Positions 54,721-64,000 of a stretch of 64,000 nucleotides of DNA are shown here, one piece after another. The number at the start of each line of letters is the position of its first letter. The stretch's first letter is position 1. Source of the stretch: an uncultured Acidobacteriota bacterium (lineage in GTDB: Bacteria; Acidobacteriota; Vicinamibacteria; Vicinamibacterales; 2-12-FULL-66-21); the NCBI GenBank assembly GCA_963774855.1, contig CAVZGT010000011.1, positions 34,042 to 98,041 on the forward strand, given 5' to 3'. A program made the position numbers and the translations under genes. The notes beneath the pieces were generated by a model. The model saw nothing but the letters and a program-made list of their open reading frames with translations, was not told where the DNA came from and did not search any database.

Positions 54721-56782
54721 TAGAACCTCGACCCCCGGCGTGCGAGGTCCCGGGCCGGTTGGCTGGGCACCATGCGTCGCATCGTGCCCCACACGATGTT
54801 GTCTTCCTCGTCGGCCGACGTGCCCCAGACGAGGTTGTTCGCGTCGGACATCGTGCCCCAGACCACGTTGTCAGCCTCTTCGAGGTTGCCCCACACGATG
54901 TTCTTCGCGTTGACGGTGGTCGTGCCCCAGACGATGTTGTCGTTTTCCTCGGAGCCGATGAAGCTGTTGCCCCAGACAATGTTGGTGCCCCAGACGATGT
55001 TGTCGCCCTCGTCCTGATACGTGCCCCAGACGATGTTGGTGCCCCACACGATGTTGGTGCCCCAGACGATGTTGTCGCCCTCGTCCAGATTCGTGCCCCA
55101 GACAATGTTGGTGCCCCAGACGATGTTGGTGGCCCAGGCCGGGCGGTTCTCGTCGATGACGCCGGGACCGTAGCACCCGGTGGCCGCCCCAGATCATCCG
55201 CTGCGACCAGGGAAGCGTCCGGCCGGCAATCACGCTGTAGTAGGGAATCCCCTGGCGCAGCCACTTGGCGCCGACACGCTTCGTCGGATCGATGACTTTC
55301 GCGAGCGCGATGGCGCCCGCGCCGTTGAGCCCGCCGGCGCCCTGCGCGAGCGGCTCGAACGAGCCGCGGCCGTCGGAGACGGGGATCGACGTGAACTCGA
55401 GGACGGCCTTGAGCGCGTTGGGCGTCAGGCCGGGATTGACCTGGAGGACGAGCGCGACGAGCCCGCTGGCCACGCCGGCGGCCATGCTCGTGCCGCTCAA
55501 CCGCATGTACCTGTCCGGACCCGCCGCGCGCCTCGTTCTGCCTGCGCAGCGCGCTGCCCGGAGCCGCGATCGAGAGCAGCCCGTGTCCGGGGGCCGCGAC
55601 GTCGGGCTTCGCGAACCCGTCGTACCACGAGGGGCCGCGTGAGCTGTAGGGCGCGATGCGATCGTCGGCGCGCGAAGGCGTGTCGAACGTCTGGACGGCA
55701 CCGACCGTCAGCGCCGACGGGGCGTTGCCGGGCGAGGTCAGCCCCGCGTAGCCCGGCAGGCGCGTGGCCGGGTTCACGCCGAAGTTTCCGGCCGACGTGA
55801 CGACGACCAGCCCGGCGCGCACGGCGCTTTCGACTGCCTGCACGAGCGGGTCGCTCGCGGCCGGCTCAAAGACGGGATGCCCAAGCGACAGGTTCACGAT
55901 GCGGATGCCGAGCGCATCCTTGTTGTCGATGGCGAACTGGATGGCGCGCAGCACGTCGCTCGTCCGCCCCTGCCCGTTGCCGTCGAGCACCTTGAGGCCG
56001 ATCAGACGCACGTTCGGGGAAACGCCGACGAACCTGCTGCCGATGAGCCCGGCGACGTGCGTGCCGTGGCCGTAGGCGTCCGACGGCGCGACCCTTCGTA
56101 CGCCGCCTCCGGTGAAATCATAAAAAGCGGCAATGCGGTCTGTGAAGTCCGACGTCGCGTACAAACCCGAATCGATGATGGCCACGCCGACGGCACGAGT
56201 GCGGTGGTTTGCTCGCCCGCTCCCGCCCACTGCGTGGAGTCCATGCCGAAGCCGGTCGACCTCGATTGCGAATCGCCGAACATCACGGGCGCCGACACGG
56301 TCGAACCGGGGGAGGCCAGGTCGATCGGAGACTCGCCGCGCTCGAGCGTGACACCAAGCGTCTCGAAGAACGGAGTCGCCTGCGGTGCCGGCATTCTTGG
56401 CTTCCGCGGCCGCCGCAGCCTCCGCGGGCGTCCCGTTCTTCCCGGGGCCCGACGCGTCAGCGTGGACGAGCGCGTCCTTCGAGATCGACAACACCGACGT
56501 GAACGCCTGCATCGCGGCGAGGTCGTCGCAGTGGACTTCGGCGCTCACCGCGTCGATCGACGGATGCTCCGACGAGATCCGATCTCCATGCAGCTGGAGC
56601 GACAGGGCCATCCCGGCCCGGTATCCGCTCTTCGTCCGGATGATGACTTTCTGTGTCGAGCATCCTTCCCTGACGGACTGCGTGAGCGCTTCATCGAGCT
56701 TTGAGTGGTGCCCCTGAGCCAAGGCAGGGACCGCGGTTCCTGCCGCGAGGGCGGCAAGGAAACCGAAAATGGGGAGTTTCAT
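54720..56782 (-). pseudogene. S8 family serine peptidase, paralog of 11587..13371, with 12 N-[IVL]-V-W-G repeats; about 4 frame breaks
   Basis: ATG 56782 gives signal peptide MKLPIFGFLAALAAGTAVPALAQ. Catalytic contexts are AVGVAIIDSG, HGTHVAGLIGS and LSGTSMAAGVASG, and they lie in different frames. Frame jumps are near 56390, 56200, 55530 and 55180. Confidence 0.8.
54784..55130. repeat. 12 dispersed/tandem copies of GYGCCCCASACSAKGTT (coding NIVWG units on the minus strand)
   Basis: Copies begin near 54784, 54820, 54853, 54886, 54922, 54967, 54985, 55021, 55039, 55057, 55093 and 55111. Confidence 0.85.
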
Positions 56783-57390
56783 ACGTTGACCAGCAGAGCA
56801 ATTGTGCCGCCAGCCTTCGCGAACGGTGGCGAGCACTTGTTAAGTTATAGCAAGTAAATGAGTTATCGGCATATATGGGACATCTGACGCATCCGTAAGA
56901 AGTTCCGAAATGGAACAATGACTTTTTCTCGAGGGGGTGCCTGGGAGCAAAATCACCTGCTATCTTGTTGCGAACTAATGCCTTAGATCAAAGTGTTCCA
57001 CAACGTGGCAGCCCACACCAGAAATGGTTGTGCTCGCCTGGCCTCCCGGCGGCGGCGGGAGGTCCCTTCTCACGAGACGCGCCCCCTTGCTGGCATCGGC
57101 GCGGCATCGAATACCCCCGGCGCTCCGTCCACCCCGGGTTGGCGAGGAGACGGACGACCGATCACGATCAGGATCACGTCGGGGCTCACGTTGATATAGC
57201 CCGCGTGACCGGGGTTGTGACCGATGGCGACCTGAACCACAAACCGGGACGAGGCGCACAGAACTCCGGAGCGTGGTTCATCGCGGTTTTCATCGGCACG
57301 TCAGTTGCACAAATCGCGTTGTCAACCAAGGTACCGGACCTCGAGTGTTCCGGTTACTCACGACGTGATTTCAACTCCACGAGACCACCC

Positions 57391-60300
57391 ATGCAATTGC
57401 GTTCATCCGCGTTGGTCGTCGCCCTGACGCTCGCCGTCGCTGCTCCCTCCACCGCCCTCGCGCAGGGGGGCTACTTCGGCCGCAACAAAGTGCAGTACCA
57501 GGAATTCGACTTCAAGGTCCTGAAGACCGAGCACTTCGACATCTATTTCTATCCGGAAGAAGAAGATGCGGCGCGGATCGCGTCCCGGCTCGCCGAGCGT
57601 TGGTACACGCGCCTCTCGAGCCTGCTTGGATCACGAACTGCGCGGCCGGCAGCCGCTGATTCTCTACGCGAGCGGGCCGCACTTCCGCCAGACCAACACG
57701 ATCGAAGGCGAGCTCGGCGAAGGAACCGGCGGCGTGACCGAGGCGGCCAAGCGCCGAATCGTCCTCCCGTTTGCGGGGCCAATAGAGGCCACTGACCACG
57801 TTCTAGGACACGAGCTCGTCCATGCGTTTCAGTACGACATCACCAACACGAACGCCCAGTCGGGCGCGATGAGCGCGCTCACGCTTCCGCTTGTGGTTCA
57901 TCGAAGGGCATGGCGGAGTACCTGTCGATCGGTCCGGTCGATCCGCACACGGCGATGTGGATGCGGGAGGCCGCCAGGCGCGAGAAGCTGCCGGAGATCA
58001 AGGATCTCTCGGACCCGCAGGTACTTCCCGTATCGCTACGGGCAGGCCCTGTGGGCGTTCATCGGCGGGCAAGTACGGCGATCGCGTCGTCGGCGACCTC
58101 CTGCGGGCGGCGATCGGCCGGTCCGGCTACGACGGCGCGTTCAAGCAGATTCTCGGCGTGGACGCGAAGGAGCTCGTCGACCGAGTGGCACGCGGCTGAG
58201 TTCGCCGCCTATCGTCCGATCGCGGAGACGACCAAGATGCCGGCGGCGTTTGCGACGGCGGTGATCACCAGGGACGGCAATCGCGGTCAGCTGAACGTCA
58301 GTCCCGAAATCAGTCCCGACGGTTCGCGAATCATGTTCTTTTCGGAGCGGGACCTGTTCTCGATCGACCTCTACCTGGCCGACGCGCGGACGGGCAAGGT
58401 CATCCGGAAGATCACCGACACCGCGACCGACCCGCATTTCGAGAGCCTGCAGTTCCTGAGCTCGGCCGGAGCCTGGGACAGCGCGGGCAAGCGCTTCGTG
58501 TTCCCGGGCATCAGCAAGGGCGAGCCGGTGCTGACGATCGTCAACGCCGACAACGGAAAGCGGGAGCGGGAGATCCGTCTTGCCGACCTGCACGAGGTCC
58601 TGAATCCGACGTGGTCGCCGGACGGCAACGTGATCGCGTTTTCCGGGCTCGTCGGCGGCCTGACCGATCTCTTCGCTTACGATCTGACGACCAGTACGCA
58701 TGCGCCGGCTGACGACCGACGCGTTCGCCGAGCTCGATCCGGCCTGGTCGCCCGACGGCCGCTCGCTCGCGTTCAGCACCGACCGGTTCACCACCAAGCT
58801 GGACGGTCCTGGAGCCCGGGCACTTGCGGATCGCGATCATGGACATCGCGTCCGGGCAGGTCCGCGAAGCGGGCGGGTTCGACGGCGCGAAGAACATCAG
58901 CCCGCAGTGGTCGAGCGACGGCCGCGTCGTTGTACTTCCTGTCCGACCGGCAGGGGATCACGAACATCTATCGCCGGAGGTGGCCGGCGGCGCGCCGGCG
59001 CAGCTGACGAACCTGCTCACCGGGGTCAGCGGCATCACCGGCGCTCAGCCCGGCGCTGTCGGCCGGAGGCGGGCGCGTCGTCTTCAGCGCCTACGAGGAG
59101 GACGGCTACAACATCTACGCGCTGGAGAGCGCTCAGCTCGCGGCGGGCAACCGCGCCGATCGGCTCTGCCGCTGGACGCGGGCGTGCTGCCGCCGCGCCG
59201 CACGCGGGGAGGGACCGGTCTTCGCGACGCTTGAACGACCCGGTCGCCGGCCTGCCGCCGGCCGCAGCCGCGCCGCCGTCGCCGTACAAGTCCGAGCTCT
59301 CGCTCGACTACGCAGGTCAGCCGACGATCGGCGTCGGCGCCGATCCGTTCGGGACCTACGCATCGGGCGGGAGTCGCGTTCCTGTTCAGCGACACTCTCG
59401 GCAATCACGTGGTCGCGACATCGGCCCAGGTGACGAGCCGGTTCGACGAGTTCGGCGGCAGCGTGTTCTATCTGAACCGCACGCACCGGTGGAACTGGGG
59501 AGTCGGCGTCGATTCGACGCCGTACGTGTCGCGCGCGTACGAGACCGGCTTCGGCCAGTCCAATGGACAGCCCGTCTACGTCGAACGGGAGTATCGGCTC
59601 CTGCAGGCGGACCGCGGCGTCTCGGGAGTGGTCGCGTATCCGTTCAACACCGCACAGCGGTTCGAGGTCAGCGGCGAGCGCCCGGCGGATTTCGCTGTCG
59701 CAGGACGTGACCGAGCGCGTGTTCGATCTGTCCGGGCAGCCGATCAGCGAAGACGAGACCGAACTGGCGCCGGTGTCGGCGCTGAATCTCGTCAGGCGTC
59801 CGCGGCGCTGGTCTACGACACGTCGATCTCCGGCATCACCAGCCCCATCCGCGGCACCCGCTACCGGCTCGAGCTCTCGCAGACCGGCGGCTCGATCAAC
59901 TACTCGGGCGTTCTCGCCGATGTCCGGACTTACTGGATGCCGGTGCGTCCGTACACGTTCGCCGTGCGCGGGCTCTACTACGGACGATACGGAAGCGGGG
60001 CGGACGACCTGCGCCTGCCGACGCTGTATCTCGGCTATCCCGGACTGGTTCGCGGCTACGACCCGGGATCGTTCGAGGCCGGCGAGTGCGGCGTGCAGCT
60101 CAACGGGTCGTGTCCGGCTTTCGATCGGCTGAGCGGAAGCCGCGTGGCCGTCGCGAACGCGGAGCTGCGGTTCCCGCTCTGGGGCGGATTCGGCGGCAAA
60201 GACTTCTACGGTCCGATCCCGGTGGAGCTCGCGGTGTTCTCCGACGCGGGCGTCGCCTGGGGCCGGTCGTCGTCCTCGTTCCAGACCCGCAGTGACAGGG

Positions 60301-60437
60301 AGCCCGTGGCCAGCGTCGGCGCCGCGGCGCGCATCAACCTGTTCGGGTTCGCCGTCGCGGAGATCGACTACGTGCGCCCGCTCCATCGTCCGGGCCGCGG
60401 GTGGTTGTGGCAGTTCAGTCTGCGGCCGGGGTTCTAA
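57391..60437 (+). pseudogene. HExxH region + PD40/TolB-like propeller + Omp85/surface-antigen-like C-terminal barrel; roughly 15-17 frame breaks
   Basis: ATG 57391 gives signal peptide MQLRSSALVVALTLAVAAPSTALAQ. The peptide can be followed across ORFs 56965, 57566, 57891, 57910, 58700, 58824, 59409 and 59563. Examples are TLPL/WFIEG/MAEYLS and DLSDPQ/YFPYRYGQALWAFIGG/KYGDRVV. It ends ...WLWQFSLRPGF. Confidence 0.75.
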
Positions 60438-60439
60438 GA

Positions 60440-60628
60440 GGCGGCTCGCGTCGCTCGCCGTAGGGGCTTCGGCGCTGCGCGCCTCGATAGGGGCCGCGCA
60501 CTGACTTCGCGCCGCGCGGTAAGGGCCGCCTGCCCTGAGCGAGCGCACGGATTACGCGAGTCGAAGGGCTCGCTTCGCTCGCGGTAGGGGCGGCTCGCTC
60601 CGCAAGTCCCTAGCGCAGGGCTTTAGCC
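60440..60628. repeat. Degenerate GC-rich repeat cluster (units ending GTAGGGGC / ATAGGGGC / GTAAGGGC) between convergent genes
   Basis: ccgtaggggc, cgataggggc, cggtaagggc, cgaagggc, cggtaggggc and gcgcagggc occur at irregular spacing of 22-43 nt, with several short palindromes. Confidence 0.6.
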
Positions 60629-61159
60629 CTACCTGGATGCCTCCAGCAGGTGCTTGAGATCCGTCAGCCGCTCGCGCCAGTACTTCTGCATCTTCGCGCC
60701 GGCGGCCGCCGTCTTCAGACGGCCGTGCTGGATCGTGATCTGCGACTTCGTCGGGCTCTTCGCGTAGAGATTCACGCTGATCGGCGTCTCGTCCTTCGGC
60801 CATTTGATGCGCACGGACCTGTCCAGCGTCGCCTTACGAATCTCCACAGGTTCGGGCAGCCACCGCTTGCGAAGCCGGCCGTCGGTCCACGCTTTCGCGA
60901 CAGCAGAAGCCGGAGCGTCGATTGTCTTACTCGCGCTCACCTCGAAGCCTGCCGGCTTCTGGTGCTTCTTCCGCAGCCCGCGCGCCTGTTCGTACGTAAC
61001 GGCCACCATCTGCCGCCACCAGGGCTGAACTGAATCCGCGAGGAGCGCGACGATTGCGCGATGTTCGAGTTCCGCGGCCCCCTTCTTATCGAGGTAAGCG
61101 AACCACTGGTCCCAGTTCCTGCCGGTCTTCGCGGCGACGGCGTCATCGCTGATGGGCAT
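60629..61159 (-). CDS. DUF4287-like N-terminus + SRPBCC/Aha1-like domain protein
   Basis: Intact 176-aa ORF: KTGRNWDQWFAYLDKKGAAELEHRAIVALL followed by FEVSASKTIDAPASAVAKAWTD. Confidence 0.65.
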   Translation of the reverse strand: MPISDDAVAAKTGRNWDQWFAYLDKKGAAELEHRAIVALLADSVQPWWRQMVAVTYEQARGLRKKHQKPAGFEVSASKTIDAPASAVAKAWTDGRLRKRWLPEPVEIRKATLDRSVRIKWPKDETPISVNLYAKSPTKSQITIQHGRLKTAAAGAKMQKYWRERLTDLKHLLEASR

Positions 61160-61336
61160 GCTCGTCCTTCGGTCGTTGTCCGCTGACCAGATTCTCCACG
61201 GTGCCGCGAAGTCTATATAAGAACACTCTTATGTGTCAACGCGCGCGAGCGCGCGCGAGCGCCGAGGTCCCTACGCACGAGCGCCAGCGAGTGCGCCCCA
61301 CGGCGAAGTGGCATAATCGATCAGGATCACGCCAGA

Positions 61337-62768
61337 ATGCCAAACGCGACGCCGCCTGAAACGCCCGCCACGCAGAAGCGCCCTCGGAGGAGGCTGCGGC
61401 GGACGTTGGCGATCGTGTTCGGCCTCGTGCTGTCCCCCTTCGCGGCCTTCCTGATCTGGAATCAGGTCGAGGCCGCGCGGCTCAATCGCGTGCTCGATAC
61501 GCTCGAGGCCAGCGATGAGCCGCTCGACGTGGACAAACTGGATCCCCGCCCATCCACGGACGAACAGCGACAGGCGTCGCATCTCTACGCGCAGGCCGGG
61601 AAGCTCGTCGGCGAGACGGCCGGCGCGACGGTTGACGCCGTCGGGCAGGACCATCGAAGAGCTGTGCGCGCTCCCACCCGGCGATCCCGGCCGCGCGGAA
61701 CGGATCGCGGCGTTGCGCCAGATCGAGGCGACGTACGCAGAAGTGCTGACGCTTCTCGATCGCGCGAGCGCCCTCGACGCGGCAGGGTGGGACGACGCCG
61801 ACAGGCCGCTGCGGCAGTCGATGGCAGCCATGGGACCGCGCAGCGCCGGCATCATCAATCTGGTCCGGATCGCGCGGCTCGCGTGCACGGGCGACGGGGA
61901 AGGCGCCGCGTCCGCACTGCTCGCCACGCTCCGCCTGCGCCGCGTGCTGCCGCCGTCGTTCTTCGGGTTGCTTCCAGTGCCGACCTCGCACAGCCTGCAG
62001 TCCATACTGACCTTGACGTCGCCGTCTGATGGGATGCTGGAGGCGCTTCAGAAGGAATACGAGAACAGCGCCGACGAACACGCCGTCGAGAAACGGCTGC
62101 TGTATGTCCCGGGCCCAGTGGCTCTCGTTTACCCTGCCCGGCGAATTCAGCGATCCTCCTTCGGGGTTTTTCGATCGGCGGATCGGCCCGGTCGAAGCGG
62201 TGGTCACCGCCGTCGCGAGACCGGCCCGCGATCGCGCGACCCGGGCGGATCTCGCAGAGTTCGACGAGGCGATCGAGGCCGCGCGACAGCCGTGGCCAGC
62301 GAAGTTCGAGGCCGCCGCCGCACTGTCGCGGAAATACCCGACGCCGCGGCCCATGAACCGCAGGGGATTTTTCGCGGCGCTCGTCAGGCCTTTCGGCGGA
62401 CTCGCGGGCCGGCGTGAACCTCGACAGCACGGTCTCGAACGGCGCTGAAGCGCTCGCCCGGGCCCGCGCGAGCGCCGGCGCGCTGGCGATCGCGCGGTAT
62501 CAGCGCGCCCACGTCGGGGCCCTGCCCGGCAGCCTCAGCGAATTGGTTCCGGCGTACCTCGCCGCGCCGCTCGTCGATCCGTACACGCGGTCGCGAGGTG
62601 AAGTACCTGCGCGACGGCGCCAAGTACAAGGTGTACGGTGTGGGCATCGATCGTCAGGACGATGGTGGCGTGTGGGACCAGACGTCGGATCTTCAGCGGG
62701 CCAGACGCGGACATCCGAAGGACGTCGGCATCGCGGTGGGCGCATGGCCGGCCGCCGACGTCAAATAG
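61337..62768 (+). pseudogene. Hypothetical membrane-anchored protein with pseudopilin-like C-terminal tail; about 4 frame breaks
   Basis: The pieces run in four frames. Frame 2 gives MPNATPPE...LAIVFGLVLSPFAAFLIW...KLVGETAG. Frame 0 gives TIEELCALPPGD.... Frame 1 gives AQWLSFTLPGEF.... Frame 2 gives NLDSTVSNGAEALARARAS...LVDPYT. Frame 0 gives VKYLRDGAKYKVYGVGIDRQDDGGVWD and the stop at 62766-62768. Confidence 0.55.
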
Positions 62769-62779
62769 CCCCTTCGTCT

Positions 62780-63553
62780 ATGTTTCATGTCCACGAGGTC
62801 CCCAGTCTGCATCTCGGCGTCAGCCGGCGTATCACGGTGTGGCTTCCGCCGGAGGCGCGTGCGCGGCGCGTCAGTCTCTACCAGGTGCTGTACCTGAACG
62901 ACGGTCAGAATCTCTTCGATCCGGCGCGGGCGTTCGCCGGCAACACGTGGCGCGTCGCGGAAACTGCCGCGCAGCTGGTCCGCCAGCGCCGCATTCCTCC
63001 GCTCATCATTGTCGGGATCGATCACGGCGTGGCGCGGCGCGGGCGCGAATATCTGCCGGTCGAGGACGATCGCAATCCGACGACGCGCGAGCCGCTCGGT
63101 CAGGCGTACGCGGAATTCGTCACGAGAGAGGTGCTGCCGTTCGTCGCGCGCAAGTACCCTGTCGCCCGCGGCGTCTCCAACGCCGGGTTCGGCGGATCGT
63201 CGTACGGGGCCGTCGCGGCGTTGAACACCGTGCTTGTCAAGCCGGGCGTGTTCGGGCGTCTCCTCCTCGAGAGCCCGTCGCTCTACGTGGGCGGAGCATA
63301 CCTGCTGCGGCGGGAGCGGGCGGCCGAGCGCTGGCCGATGCGCGTGTATCTGGGCGTGGGGACCAGAGAAACGAGCCGGACGGATTGGAACGAGGAAACG
63401 GTGAGCAACGTGCTCGAGCTCGATGCGATCCTGCGGAAAGCCGGCCTCGGGCCGCGGCGCCTCCGGACGGTCGTCGAGGAAGGCGCCACCCACTCGGAGG
63501 GCGCCTGGGCGGCGCGCCTGGCCGACGCGCTGACATTCTTGTACGGGCGGTAA
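62780..63553 (+). CDS. Alpha/beta hydrolase, putative esterase family
   Basis: ATG 62780 gives VLYLNDGQNLFD...PLIIVGIDH...GFGGSSYGAVAAL. Confidence 0.75.
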   Translation: MFHVHEVPSLHLGVSRRITVWLPPEARARRVSLYQVLYLNDGQNLFDPARAFAGNTWRVAETAAQLVRQRRIPPLIIVGIDHGVARRGREYLPVEDDRNPTTREPLGQAYAEFVTREVLPFVARKYPVARGVSNAGFGGSSYGAVAALNTVLVKPGVFGRLLLESPSLYVGGAYLLRRERAAERWPMRVYLGVGTRETSRTDWNEETVSNVLELDAILRKAGLGPRRLRTVVEEGATHSEGAWAARLADALTFLYGR

Positions 63554-63577
63554 CGAAGCTTCGCCTCAAAAGAACCA

Positions 63578-63696
63578 AACAGGAGAAGAGGAGAAAGGGA
63601 GAAAGGAAAACCCAAAACCAAACCCAAAAAAACAAGAAAACAAAGAACCAGAAACACAAAAGCAAAAGGCACCTCCCTTGCTCCTGTTCTCCTGTT
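63578..63696. terminator. Long-range hairpin: 16-nt arms (15 of 16 complementary) closing an 87-nt A-rich loop
   Basis: aacaggagaagaggag (63578-93) pairs with ctcctgttctcctgtt (63681-96). It lies between the convergent stops at 63553 and 63728. Confidence 0.5.
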
Positions 63697-63727
63697 AGCC
63701 CTTGGTGGATGCCTGTATTTCAGCCAG

Positions 63728-64000
63728 TCAGTTGCGCTTGCTCAACCACCGGCGTCCGTGGATGCTCATGTCCACGAGGTCGTCGGCGTCCAGGTTCTTG
63801 AACCCCGCCGCCTTCGCATCTCTGATGAACTCCGCGGTCACGCCGTGGATGCGGAATTGCACCAGGCGATCGGTGCTGACGCCGCCGTATCCCAGGTCGC
63901 GCAGCTCTTTGATGAACTGCGGCGTGACGCCGTGGATCCGCATCTTGACGAGATCCTCCACGTCGAGGTCGGTGTAGCCGAGGGCGCGCAGCTCCTTCAC
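63728..64000 (-). CDS. C-terminal fragment of a repeat protein (three DLV-x-RIHGVT-x-EFI units); gene continues beyond the window
   Basis: EDLVKMRIHGVTPQFIKELRDLGY / DRLVQFRIHGVTAEFIRDAKAAGF / DDLVDMSIHG. The stop is at 63728. Confidence 0.6.
   Translation of the reverse strand: MKELRALGYTDLDVEDLVKMRIHGVTPQFIKELRDLGYGGVSTDRLVQFRIHGVTAEFIRDAKAAGFKNLDADDLVDMSIHGRRWLSKRN

Noticed and set aside
57040-57260. Minus-strand reading VVQVAIGHNPGHAGYINVSPDVILIVIG in the large gap upstream of 57391.
   Set aside because: It is under 60 codons from any start, matches no recognisable family, and is not supported by an RBS. It could be a gene relic, but the evidence is too thin.
60440-60628. Possible CRISPR array, because of the regularly recurring GGGC-ending units.
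   Set aside because: The units are degenerate, spacing is irregular (22-43 nt), and there are no long identical repeats and no cas genes in the window.
62785-62800. Exact 16-mer tcatgtccacgaggtc, also at 63766-63781.
   Set aside because: Both copies lie inside unrelated coding regions with no flanking similarity. A single 16-mer coincidence is plausible in 64 kb of biased composition.

Overview
High-GC window (roughly two-thirds G+C by eye, not computed). The gene repertoire looks Acidobacteria-like: a VWFA-related acidobacterial-domain protein, a PadR + duplicated ADOP permease pair, a CarboxypepD_reg-type TonB receptor, and a PVC-type heme-binding dehydrogenase. I call about 45 protein genes and one tRNA-Pro(TGG). 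I found no rRNA and no CRISPR array. Main observations: (1) tRNA-Pro (34286..34362) is followed by a mosaic, partly decayed island reaching about 45.0 kb. It holds an integrase tail remnant and a 21-bp exact direct repeat bracketing a 4.4-kb PadR/ADOP/toxin-antitoxin block. Beyond that lie a lower-GC secreted ORF, an ECF sigma/anti-sigma/unknown-protein cassette, a 67-nt relic of a second TA locus, and an orphan ComEC-like MBL hydrolase. (2) Intergenic DNA is filled with unusual heptanucleotide microsatellites (GGAAGCT, GAGACCT, CAGGAGA, CGGGGCT). It also carries long imperfect hairpins, including a 37-bp-arm inverted repeat and a 107-nt T-free tract. (3) At least 13 genes are interrupted by single-base frame breaks. 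Almost all behave as +1 insertions, and they are strongly concentrated at 54.7-62.8 kb. I think assembly indels are more likely than biology, but this cannot be settled from sequence alone. (4) A SahR-like regulator sits directly upstream of ahcY. Two paralogous S8 peptidases share a VWG-repeat tail and a conserved AT-rich upstream block. I did not recognise a clear multi-gene defence system. The best candidates for undescribed biology are the island cassette (39.1-44.9 kb), the intergenic repeat/hairpin families, and the NIVWG-repeat peptidase tails.
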